DNA of 64,000 bases from Candidatus Woesebacteria bacterium. Lineage in GTDB: Bacteria > Patescibacteriota > Microgenomatia > UBA8517. How positions within the stretch are numbered: the stretch's first letter is position 1; each line of letters starts with the position of its first letter. A program made the translations under genes and the position numbers. The notes under the pieces are model-generated. The model had not been told where the DNA came from, ran no database searches, and saw only the letters and a program-made list of their open reading frames with translations. Shown one piece after another: positions 26,596-35,098 of the stretch. The DNA lies in contig CP066686.1 of NCBI GenBank assembly GCA_016432365.1, positions 410,906-474,905 on the forward strand, written 5' to 3'.

Positions 26596-27090
26596 TTAGC
26601 GTGTACCACTAAGAATCATCCAAGGTGGGACTACTAAAAGAATGGTGACGAGAATAGAAGCACATATTGACGCTATCTTTTGGCTTTTGCTGGAATTTAG
26701 TACGAGGTTGATCTCACCAAGAGTATTTTCAGCCTGGATGTCGACAGTGCCCTTGGAAGTGACTTTCAATAAACCCTGTACTCTGGTGTGCCCGTGAGCA
26801 ATGTGTGTAAAACGGTTGAAAGCTTTTGACTCTATCTTTAGATCTCCAGTTTCGAGGACAAACTCTTTTTCCGAGCTAGCCGAAATTCTGATGACACTAA
26901 AGGGTTCAAATTTCAAAAAAGCATTTTGATTTTCGGAAAGTGTAAACGTTAGCGGGTTACCATGTTGTCTTGTTGGGACAAAGCCCGGAATCAAAAACAT
27001 GGCAAGCAATATCAAGTACAGAGTTCCTACGAACAACCACATAAACGGCGGGTTGGCAATTAAAAAGTCTACGAACTTTAAAATGTCCAT
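26596..27090 (-). CDS. Hypothetical membrane protein with N- and C-terminal TM helices.
   Basis: ORF, 164 aa, hydrophobic termini. Confidence 0.45.
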   Translation of the reverse strand: MDILKFVDFLIANPPFMWLFVGTLYLILLAMFLIPGFVPTRQHGNPLTFTLSENQNAFLKFEPFSVIRISASSEKEFVLETGDLKIESKAFNRFTHIAHGHTRVQGLLKVTSKGTVDIQAENTLGEINLVLNSSKSQKIASICASILVTILLVVPPWMILSGTR

Positions 27091-27201
27091 CTTATCTCCT
27101 TATTATTTTGAATGTGCACAAGCAGGGAAATTGTAGATTTGAATACAGTTAAAGTCAAATAATCATTGTTGTGGTCTTGCCAGGTGTGGTATATTAAGTT
27201 G

Positions 27202-27630
27202 ATGGAAAATCAGACTCAACCAGCTGTAAAAATTCCTAAAATGTCAAAGACTTGGCCACTCATCGTTGGGGCTTTCTTGGTGGTAATAGCTGGAGTGGGA
27301 GTTGCCTGGCTTCTTTTTTCTAAAGTTATTAACAAAGGACCTTCATCCGTTGCCGCTCCCGGGTCAAAAGTTACTGCTACGGAAGCAGGAAGGTTAGACC
27401 CCAAAATTCAGTATCACGACGCGATTGGAACAATTGTGGCAGGTGGAATTGGGAATGAAGGAACTCATCATCTTCAACGTGATGGTGGGGTAAGTCAAAC
27501 TGTATACCTTACCTCTAGCGTAATCGATTTGGAAAGCTTTGTCGGTAAAAAGGTCCGCATTTGGGGTGAGACATTGGCCTCCAAAAAAGCCGGTTGGTTA
27601 ATGGATGTTGCCAAAATTCAGGTTCAGTAA
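27202..27630 (+). CDS. Hypothetical membrane-anchored protein.
   Basis: ATG lies 6 nt after the extended -10 TGgTATATT (27187-27195). TM anchor then a soluble domain. Confidence 0.45.
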   Translation: MENQTQPAVKIPKMSKTWPLIVGAFLVVIAGVGVAWLLFSKVINKGPSSVAAPGSKVTATEAGRLDPKIQYHDAIGTIVAGGIGNEGTHHLQRDGGVSQTVYLTSSVIDLESFVGKKVRIWGETLASKKAGWLMDVAKIQVQ

Positions 27631-27681
27631 GTCCCCTTGGGTCTGGTAATTTTCCTTTTCACTTGCTAAATTGTAGTTGCC

Positions 27682-28332
27682 GTGATCAACTTCAAAAATG
27701 TCACAAAAAAGTTTGGATCCGTCGTTGCTGTTACCGATGTTTCATTCGAGGTTAAAAAAGGGGAGTTTGTTTTTATAACAGGTCCTTCAGGGGCAGGTAA
27801 AAGCACAATTTTAAAATTAATTCTGGGGGAGCTTACGCCGGATAGTGGAACTGTTACTGTTGATGGAATTGATCTCAAAAATTTAAAGTCTAAAGATGTG
27901 CCGTTTTTTCGCCAGAAGATTGGTACTGTATTTCAGGACTTTAAAGTTCTACCCGAACGCACAGTTGGTGAAAATGTAGAAGTTGCCTTGGCTGTTATCG
28001 GGCTTCCCGAGAATGAATGGAAAGAGCGAATCAATCATGTTCTTAAACTCGTCGGTCTTACCAAACAAATAAATCTTTTTCCTTCCCAGCTTTCCGGAGG
28101 CGAACTTCAAAGGGTTTCACTTGCCCGTGCCTTGGTTGTAAACCCCAAACTGCTTTTAGCAGACGAACCTACAGGGAATCTTGATTGGGAGACATCCGAA
28201 GGGGTAGTTAAGTTATTTGAAAAAATAAATGAGGAAGGAAAGACTGTCATAATGGCCACACACAATATGGATATAATTAAAAAATTTAAAAAGAGAATAA
28301 TAAATATCGTTGGTGGTAAAATAGAAAGATAG
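27682..28332 (+). CDS. ftsE: Cell-division ABC ATPase FtsE.
   Basis: Walker A GPSGAGKST; signature LSGGELQRVSLARAL; Walker B LLLADEPTGNLD. Confidence 0.9.
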   Translation: MINFKNVTKKFGSVVAVTDVSFEVKKGEFVFITGPSGAGKSTILKLILGELTPDSGTVTVDGIDLKNLKSKDVPFFRQKIGTVFQDFKVLPERTVGENVEVALAVIGLPENEWKERINHVLKLVGLTKQINLFPSQLSGGELQRVSLARALVVNPKLLLADEPTGNLDWETSEGVVKLFEKINEEGKTVIMATHNMDIIKKFKKRIINIVGGKIER

Positions 28333-28451
28333 GTCAAAAGGTAAAAGTTAAAAGGCAAAAGTGCAATTCAAAAATGAAAAGTTTGAGAAATTGTTTTGAG
28401 TTTTGAATTTTGATTTGTATTTTTTGACTTTTGAATTTAAATTTTTAAATT

Positions 28452-29369
28452 ATGTCTAATATTCATTTCCGTACAGCATTCGGTTATATAAGAAGGTCTC
28501 CTTTTCAGGCGTTTGCTGCCACGTTTGTTCTGACTTTAACTTTTTTTGTTGCAACACTTGTCGCAACTTTGGTCTATAGCTCCTCAAAATTAATTACTTA
28601 TTTTGAAACACGACCACAGGTAATTGCTTTTTTGAAAGACGATACAAGTCAAACAGATATTGCCGAATTGCAACATAAACTTGAGGCAGATTCCCGAGTA
28701 AAGGAAGTTAAATATGTCAGCAAAGAGGAAGCTCTTTCCATTTACAAAAACGCGACAAGCGATAATCCGCTTCTTGGGGAACTTGTAAGTCCCTCAATTT
28801 TTCCTGCATCTCTCGAGTTTTCAGTCAAAGACCTTTCCTTTGCTCAGGCAATCATTGACCAGGTAAAAAGTGAAAAAATAGTGGACTCGGTAGGTTTTAC
28901 CGCGGCCATAGGTGGCGAATCGAGTCTTAAAGATGTCGTTTCAAGATTAAGAACGATAACAACCTACGTAAGAATAGGTGGAATCGCATTTGTTGGAATT
29001 CTTGGTGCCGCGTCCTTTGTTGTCCTTCTGATTATAATCAGCATGAGAATGGCAGTACGTAAAGAAGAAGTGGAAATTTTGGATTTGATTGGTGCCACCC
29101 CAGCATTTATCAGAAGTCCGATTATTGTCGAAGCCCTTTTCTATTCATTGTTTGGCGCATTTTTAGGTTGGCTCATTTCCTTTATCGTGATTCTTTATTC
29201 TGCCCCTTCCGCGGTAACCTATTTTGGGGAAATTCCTGTTCTTCCCAAAGACACTCTGGGACTTTTTGAACTTTTTGGAATATTTTTGGCAATTGAATTA
29301 ATTGCAGGTTTAATACTGGCACTGAGCGGAAGTTTGTTCGCGATTTCTAGAGCCAGGAAATCAAGATAA
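28452..29369 (+). CDS. ftsX: FtsX-like permease.
   Basis: Follows ftsE. One TM, a large extracellular loop, then three C-terminal TM helices (FtsX topology). Confidence 0.8.
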   Translation: MSNIHFRTAFGYIRRSPFQAFAATFVLTLTFFVATLVATLVYSSSKLITYFETRPQVIAFLKDDTSQTDIAELQHKLEADSRVKEVKYVSKEEALSIYKNATSDNPLLGELVSPSIFPASLEFSVKDLSFAQAIIDQVKSEKIVDSVGFTAAIGGESSLKDVVSRLRTITTYVRIGGIAFVGILGAASFVVLLIIISMRMAVRKEEVEILDLIGATPAFIRSPIIVEALFYSLFGAFLGWLISFIVILYSAPSAVTYFGEIPVLPKDTLGLFELFGIFLAIELIAGLILALSGSLFAISRARKSR

Positions 29370-30562
29370 TGAGAAATGCAAAAAATTTTTTGGTTTTCGC
29401 AACAATCCTCCTAGCATTAGTTTTGATAGGTAGGTTCACTTCTGTTTTGGCCGACGATTGTGACAATATTCCTTCAACACCGGATAGAATTGATGAAAAA
29501 ATTAAGTGTTTGGAGTCCGTAGTTCTTCAAAAGAAAACACAGGCAAGTACGCTCAAAAATCAAATTGCTCAATTTGATGCGCAAATAAGGCTAACAACTT
29601 TAAAAATCGCTGACACGGAAGCCAAAATTCTTCTTTTGGGTGGCAGGATCGATCAATTGGAAGTTTCGCTTGATAGCCTGACTAAAGCTTTCAGCTCTAG
29701 GGCAGTTGAAACTTATCGTTTGTCGCGGTTCGAAACCAATTTTACTTTTGTTTTAACAGCCCCCGACATCAACGATGCAGTTTCAAGATTTCATTATCTA
29801 AAACGTATTCAAGAAGAAGACAGAAGTCTCCTAGAAAGGCTTCAGACTGCCCAAACTACGTATCAAAATCAGAAACAGGATCAGGAAGAATTACAGACCC
29901 AGCTTACAAAACAGAAAGCAAATTTAGGTGCTCAAAAAATAGCTAAGGCGAATCTTTTGACTGCTACCAAAAATGATGAGACTAAATATCAATCTCTGCT
30001 TTCACAAGCAAAGGCCCAGCTTGCAGCCTTCAGAAATTTTGTGGCTGCCCAGGGTGGAGCGTCGATTTTAACAGGACAAACGAAATGTGATTCTTGGGGT
30101 TGTTATTACAATCAAAGGGATAGCGAATGGGGGAATATTGGAATGGGCGGATCTTCTTATTCAATGGCCGGATACGGATGTTTGGTTACATCTGTTTCCA
30201 TGGTTGCCAGTCATTTCGGAAAAAACATCAAGCCCGGGGATATTGCGGTAATACCTAGCGCATTTGTACCCGGAACCGGTTATCTTTATTCTAATTTTTC
30301 GGTTAACGGAATAAATGTTACGGTTTCAAAAAATTCCAAGGACATTATAGATTCAGAGCTTGCCGCGGGACGGCCAGTAATCGCAGGACTTTTTTCCGGA
30401 CCCGATCATTTTATAGTTATTACCCGTAAAGATGGCGATAAATATATAATGCGGGATCCTTTCTTAGAAAACGGAGCGGGGGGCGATGGAAGCGGTAGAC
30501 CCCTAACCGATAAATATAGTTTTTCTGATATAACAAGTCTTCGTTTGGTTAGCTTCAACTAA
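29369..30562 (+). CDS. PcsB-like secreted coiled-coil protein with a C-terminal papain-like (C39-like/CHAP-like) cysteine peptidase domain.
   Basis: Signal anchor. A long Q/K/L-rich coiled coil of about 200 aa. C-terminal domain with a Cys (YGCLVTS) and a downstream His (GPDHF). Immediately follows ftsEX. Confidence 0.55.
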   Translation: MRNAKNFLVFATILLALVLIGRFTSVLADDCDNIPSTPDRIDEKIKCLESVVLQKKTQASTLKNQIAQFDAQIRLTTLKIADTEAKILLLGGRIDQLEVSLDSLTKAFSSRAVETYRLSRFETNFTFVLTAPDINDAVSRFHYLKRIQEEDRSLLERLQTAQTTYQNQKQDQEELQTQLTKQKANLGAQKIAKANLLTATKNDETKYQSLLSQAKAQLAAFRNFVAAQGGASILTGQTKCDSWGCYYNQRDSEWGNIGMGGSSYSMAGYGCLVTSVSMVASHFGKNIKPGDIAVIPSAFVPGTGYLYSNFSVNGINVTVSKNSKDIIDSELAAGRPVIAGLFSGPDHFIVITRKDGDKYIMRDPFLENGAGGDGSGRPLTDKYSFSDITSLRLVSFN

Positions 30563-30586
30563 TTAAAGGTTGTATGATTAATCAGT

Positions 30587-31411
30587 TTGCAATATATGAA
30601 ACCCTGCATCAAAGTGGTTTTGTTATTTATAGCGATCGCATTTATTTTTCCTTCAAGAGTTAGTGCCTGGTCGATTGCGATTTCAGATTTACCGACAGCG
30701 ATGGATCAGTCAAATGAAACTGAGGTAAATGTTTTTTTGAATTGTAGCGGGTGCGGTGATTCGTACATGCGCGGGGTATTTTATCCAAGCGGAACTAATT
30801 ATTTCGGTCTTACTCAAAACAACCTGGGGGAATGGATAGGATCGGATAATGATAGGTCCAAATATTTTAAAATTGCCAAAACGGACCTTATTGAGGCAAG
30901 TTGGAGCGGCAAAATTCGTGTTAAACTCGATCTATCAGACCCAGGATACATTGGACCTGGAGAATATTTATTCAAAATCGGGAGATATACTTCGGCCGGG
31001 GACGCCGGCGCCGATTGGTCGAATGAACTTTCAATAAAGATTACTGGCCCAACTCCGACACCTACTCCGTCACCAACTCCTGCCCCAACTCCTACACCGA
31101 CCCCCACACCGTCGCCTTCAAAAACTCCGACCCCCGTTCCCGTCCCTACGAAGACCCCCACACCAAGGTCAATTCCAACATCAACCCCGGAAATTCTAGG
31201 TGCAGAAACGATCGTCTCAACTCAGGCAACAATTATTACTGACCAGGAGGCGGAACTTTCCACCACTTCCCCTGCCTCAAGTCAAAAAGAGGTCGCTGAT
31301 CAGAAAAAGTTTCCATTTGTTGCGGTAGTGTTTGTGGCGGTGGGATTTTTACTTATCGGCTTTTCGGGGTACCTGGCATTTAGAAAAACCAAACTGCCCT
31401 CAGACCTTTAA
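30587..31411 (+). CDS. Secreted surface protein with a Pro/Thr-rich linker and C-terminal TM anchor.
   Basis: Signal peptide ending VSAW. PT-repeat region encoded at about 31036-31150. C-terminal hydrophobic helix plus a basic tail. Confidence 0.5.
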   Translation: MQYMKPCIKVVLLFIAIAFIFPSRVSAWSIAISDLPTAMDQSNETEVNVFLNCSGCGDSYMRGVFYPSGTNYFGLTQNNLGEWIGSDNDRSKYFKIAKTDLIEASWSGKIRVKLDLSDPGYIGPGEYLFKIGRYTSAGDAGADWSNELSIKITGPTPTPTPSPTPAPTPTPTPTPSPSKTPTPVPVPTKTPTPRSIPTSTPEILGAETIVSTQATIITDQEAELSTTSPASSQKEVADQKKFPFVAVVFVAVGFLLIGFSGYLAFRKTKLPSDL

Positions 31412-31429
31412 TATTGGTATACTATTTAG

Positions 31430-31852
31430 GTGAATAGGAAAATTTTGAAACAATTTGATCTTTGGTTCCCGGTAGTAGTATGGGCTTATCTGATATTTAA
31501 TTTTTCTTCAGGGAGGGTGCCTGTAGCCTCAACAGTTTTTTGGCAGGACTTTGCTGTAAAAAAAACCGGCCACATGCTTCTTTTTGGAGCCTTGGCGATG
31601 TTGATTTATCGGGGTCTTCTCGGAGAAAATATTCCCAAAAAGAAAGCTGCTATTTGGGCCGTAATATTGGCCTTTTTTTATGGTGCTTCTGATGAATTTC
31701 ACCAGATGTTTACTCAGGGGCGCGAAGCGCGTGTGCGGGATGTCGCATTCGATACGTTGGGAGCCAGCCTTGTTATTTTTCTTACGTATAGATTTTTACA
31801 AAAGTTACCTAAGAAGGTACAATTCGTTTTGAAAGATATTGGTTTTGAATAA
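31430..31852 (+). CDS. VanZ-like family membrane protein.
   Basis: GASDEFHQMFTQGREARVRDVAFDTLG matches the VanZ family signature. GTG start. Confidence 0.6.
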   Translation: MNRKILKQFDLWFPVVVWAYLIFNFSSGRVPVASTVFWQDFAVKKTGHMLLFGALAMLIYRGLLGENIPKKKAAIWAVILAFFYGASDEFHQMFTQGREARVRDVAFDTLGASLVIFLTYRFLQKLPKKVQFVLKDIGFE

Positions 31853-31853
31853 A

Positions 31854-32846
31854 ATGAAAAAAATACTTGTAACAGGCGGAGCTGGTTATATTGGGAGCTT
31901 CATGGTCAGGGAACTCCAATTGACAGGGTTCGACCCTGTCATTCTCGATGATCTTTCTCAGGGGCATAGAGAATCGGTTAGTGGTTTCAGATTGGAGGAA
32001 ATCGATCTTGTTACCCAAAAAGATAAACTCGATGCTCTTTTCTCACAGGAAAAATTTGACGGGGTTGTTCACATGGCCAGTTTTATCCAAATGGGGGAAT
32101 CTTTTAAAGACCCTGCCAAATACTATCGTAACAACGTCGGAGGTTTTATCAATTTGCTTGATTCAATGAAGGCAAATAATGTTAAAAATATAATTCTATC
32201 TTCCAGTGCCGGGGTTTATGGCAATCCTGTTAAGGTTCCCATCCTTGAAGACGATCCAAAAAATCCACTTAACCCCTATGGTGAAACTAAGTACATGATG
32301 GAACGAATGCTTGAGGATTATGACACTGCCTATGGAGTTAAATTTATTAGTTTTAGATATTTTAACGCGGCTGGGGCGGCACAGGATGGAAGCATAGGAG
32401 AGGCACATCCGGACGAGAGCCACTTAATTCCGAATGTTATTAAATCGGTTTTGTCTGGTGGCGAGTTTACACTTTTTGGTGACGACTATGATACACCTGA
32501 CGGCACCTGTGTCCGCGATTATGTCCACGTCTTAGATCTCGTAGTTGCGCACTCGTTAGGTATAGAAAAATTAATTTCCGGGTCAAACAGTGCCTTTTAC
32601 AACGTGGGTATAAATAGGGGATATTCTAATAAAGAAGTAATAAATATGGTGGAATCGGTATCTGGTCAAAAGGTAAATGTTAAAATTGCCTCAAAAAGAG
32701 AAGGTGATGCAGATGCTCTTTTTGCATCAAATGAAAAAATTAAGAAAGAATTAAATTGGGAACCAAAATACGGTCTCAAAGAAATAGTTGAGTCTGCGTA
32801 TCTTTGGCACAAAAATAACCCTCAGGGATACAATAGTGATCGTTGA
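31854..32846 (+). CDS. galE: UDP-glucose 4-epimerase.
   Basis: N-terminal Rossmann MKKILVTGGAGYIGS and the catalytic Y..K region of NDP-sugar epimerases. Length and conserved blocks match GalE. Confidence 0.85.
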   Translation: MKKILVTGGAGYIGSFMVRELQLTGFDPVILDDLSQGHRESVSGFRLEEIDLVTQKDKLDALFSQEKFDGVVHMASFIQMGESFKDPAKYYRNNVGGFINLLDSMKANNVKNIILSSSAGVYGNPVKVPILEDDPKNPLNPYGETKYMMERMLEDYDTAYGVKFISFRYFNAAGAAQDGSIGEAHPDESHLIPNVIKSVLSGGEFTLFGDDYDTPDGTCVRDYVHVLDLVVAHSLGIEKLISGSNSAFYNVGINRGYSNKEVINMVESVSGQKVNVKIASKREGDADALFASNEKIKKELNWEPKYGLKEIVESAYLWHKNNPQGYNSDR

Positions 32847-32877
32847 TTCAGTGGCTCCTAAGGGCTAATATGGATTA

Positions 32878-33813
32878 ATGAAACTGCTTAAATTTCTTCG
32901 GCATCTATTTATTCCTCATGAATCCAACAATCAAAAGGGTAGGATTCTACATCCATCAAGCCTCTCTTTAATTGCAGTTTTTTTAATTGCATTTCAGGTG
33001 CTTCTCAGTGTTTTTCCCAGGAGTCTTCCACGTGTTTTGGGTTATGCTGCCAATATTTCTCCGGCCGAAGTAATCCGTTTGACCAACGCTCAAAGAGCGG
33101 CAAGTGGTCTTTCTCCTGTTTCGGAAAACTCGAAGCTTGATTCGGCGGCTTTGGCCAAAGGTAATGACATGTTGGCGAAAGGATACTGGGCCCACTTTGC
33201 GCCGGACGGGACGTCCCCTTGGAGTTTCTTTATGAACTTTGGTTATAAATACCAATATGCAGGGGAAAATTTGGCCCGCGATTTTAGTAATGCCAATGAC
33301 GCTGTTAATGCTTGGATGAATTCTCCGTCTCATAGAGAAAATATTCTAAACTCCAAATACAAAGAGATTGGTATTGGTGTTGTTGAGGGTAACTTAGCGG
33401 GAGTTAACACAACAATTATTGTTCAATTTTTTGGAACTCCGCTGGGTGGGGCTCCGGTGGTTTCAGATGTTCAGGCTCGGGAACCTGCAAAAACAACTAT
33501 TCCTAAGCCCTCAGCCGCTCCAGCTTTGACCACTGCTAAACCCGAGCTTGTTCCCGTTATAACAATTACTCCGACCCCGTCCCCAGTGCCTTCACCGCAA
33601 GCAGTTTCGGTTAAATTTGTTTCACCTTTTAGTTCAACTAAAAATCTTTCATTAGCGGTACTCGGATTACTTCTTATGGCCCTTTCGATCGATATAATAG
33701 TTGTCAGAAGAAAGAGAATTGCCAGGATAGGAGGTAGAACACTTGCCCACATTGCTTTTCTTGGAATGATTCTAGCGGTTATACTGATACTTAAGGCAGG
33801 ACAGATAATATAA
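32878..33813 (+). CDS. CAP/SCP (YkwD-like) domain membrane protein.
   Basis: RLTNAQRAASGLSPV ... GHWAHFAP ... NAVNAWMNSPSHRENIL ... EIGIGVV are CAP-domain signature blocks. TM helices lie at both ends. Confidence 0.65.
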   Translation: MKLLKFLRHLFIPHESNNQKGRILHPSSLSLIAVFLIAFQVLLSVFPRSLPRVLGYAANISPAEVIRLTNAQRAASGLSPVSENSKLDSAALAKGNDMLAKGYWAHFAPDGTSPWSFFMNFGYKYQYAGENLARDFSNANDAVNAWMNSPSHRENILNSKYKEIGIGVVEGNLAGVNTTIIVQFFGTPLGGAPVVSDVQAREPAKTTIPKPSAAPALTTAKPELVPVITITPTPSPVPSPQAVSVKFVSPFSSTKNLSLAVLGLLLMALSIDIIVVRRKRIARIGGRTLAHIAFLGMILAVILILKAGQII

Positions 33814-33821
33814 TAATTATT

Positions 33822-34079
33822 ATGAAATCTTTTGTAAGGGACCTACCACATTACATGCTTCTAATAGGTATTCTTTTTGCTGGTTTTGCCGGCCTTATAC
33901 TTTTTTCTTACGACAGCAACTTCCAAATTGCAGTGGCGTTAGCTACCGGAATTTCATATGTCTCATGGGGGTTAATTCATCATCATATTCACAGGGACTT
34001 ACATTTCGAGGTTTTTATGGAATATCTGGCTGTGGCTATTTTGGGAACGGTGATTCTTTTTTCCTTGATTTTACAATAG
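33822..34079 (+). CDS. Hypothetical small 2-3 TM membrane protein.
   Basis: ORF only. Confidence 0.3.
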   Translation: MKSFVRDLPHYMLLIGILFAGFAGLILFSYDSNFQIAVALATGISYVSWGLIHHHIHRDLHFEVFMEYLAVAILGTVILFSLILQ

Positions 34080-34105
34080 CGCAACCTGTATACTTTCAGC
34101 TACAA

Positions 34106-34996
34106 ATGAATAAAGTTCGAAAAGCAGTTATTCCCGCCGCCGGCTTCGGAACCCGTTTTCTACCTCAAACCAAGGCCATGCCTAAAGAAATGCTTCCGAT
34201 TGTGGACAAACCGGTTATTCAATATGTTGTCGAGGAGTTGGTTGAGGCTGGAATTCAGGATATTTTTATAGTGACGGGTTATCACAAGCGGGGGATTGAA
34301 GACCATTTTGATTCTCCAAATCTTGACCTTATCGAAAATCTTAAGATGGGTGGGGAAAAGAAACGCCATTTACTTAAGGAGGTTGAAAAAATCTCAAATA
34401 TGGCCAACTTTGTCTATGTCAGACAAAAAGGTCCATACGGAAACGGTACCCCACTTCTTAATGTAAAGCATCTTATAGGGGACGAGCCCTTTATCTACAC
34501 TTGGAGTGATGATTTTATTAAAGCTGAGCCCAATAGGTTTAAACAGCTGATAAGTGCTTACAATAAATATGGAGCTAGCTGCCTTGCAAGTCTGAGGGCC
34601 AAAAAGGACGAGGATTATGATAGATATGGCAATTCGGGTGGGAGTTTTGTTGAAGACGGCATAATGGATGTCGATAAAATCGTAGAAAAGCCAGGTAGAG
34701 ACAAAGCCGTTTCAGATCTAATGAATGTTTCTGGATACCTTTTTACTCCCGACATTTTTGACTACTTAGATACAGCTCTTAAAAACCTAAAAGACGGAAA
34801 CGAGCTTTATTACAACGATGCGCTTAAATTGATGTTGGAGGATGGTAAAAAAGTTTTAGCTGTCGAAATTAAGAACGGTAAATATTACGATACTGGTAAC
34901 AAAATGGAATATCTTAAAACCGTCGTTGAGTTCGCCCTTGACCGTTCGGACATAAACGGTGAATTTAAGGAGTATCTCAAATCACTCAAAATTTAG
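34106..34996 (+). CDS. galU: UTP-glucose-1-phosphate uridylyltransferase. ORF-track start 33965 is an upstream in-frame extension.
   Basis: KAVIPAAGFGTRFLP nucleotide-binding motif. A TTGATT-N18-TATACT promoter lies 11 nt upstream of ATG 34106. Confidence 0.85.
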   Translation: MNKVRKAVIPAAGFGTRFLPQTKAMPKEMLPIVDKPVIQYVVEELVEAGIQDIFIVTGYHKRGIEDHFDSPNLDLIENLKMGGEKKRHLLKEVEKISNMANFVYVRQKGPYGNGTPLLNVKHLIGDEPFIYTWSDDFIKAEPNRFKQLISAYNKYGASCLASLRAKKDEDYDRYGNSGGSFVEDGIMDVDKIVEKPGRDKAVSDLMNVSGYLFTPDIFDYLDTALKNLKDGNELYYNDALKLMLEDGKKVLAVEIKNGKYYDTGNKMEYLKTVVEFALDRSDINGEFKEYLKSLKI

Positions 34997-35056
34997 CCTC
35001 GAGTCGAACCTAACCCCATAAGGCATCCTTATATGACACTCCGTGTCCTATAATAA

Positions 35057-35085
35057 TTGACTTTCTGGACTGTGTAGTGTATAAT
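35057..35085 (+). promoter_or_regulatory. Consensus sigma70 promoter TTGACT-N17-TATAAT upstream of rfbB.
   Basis: TTGACT 35057-35062; TATAAT 35080-35085; ATG 35099 lies 13 nt downstream. Confidence 0.5.
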
Positions 35086-35098
35086 GGCGGTTTCGGCT

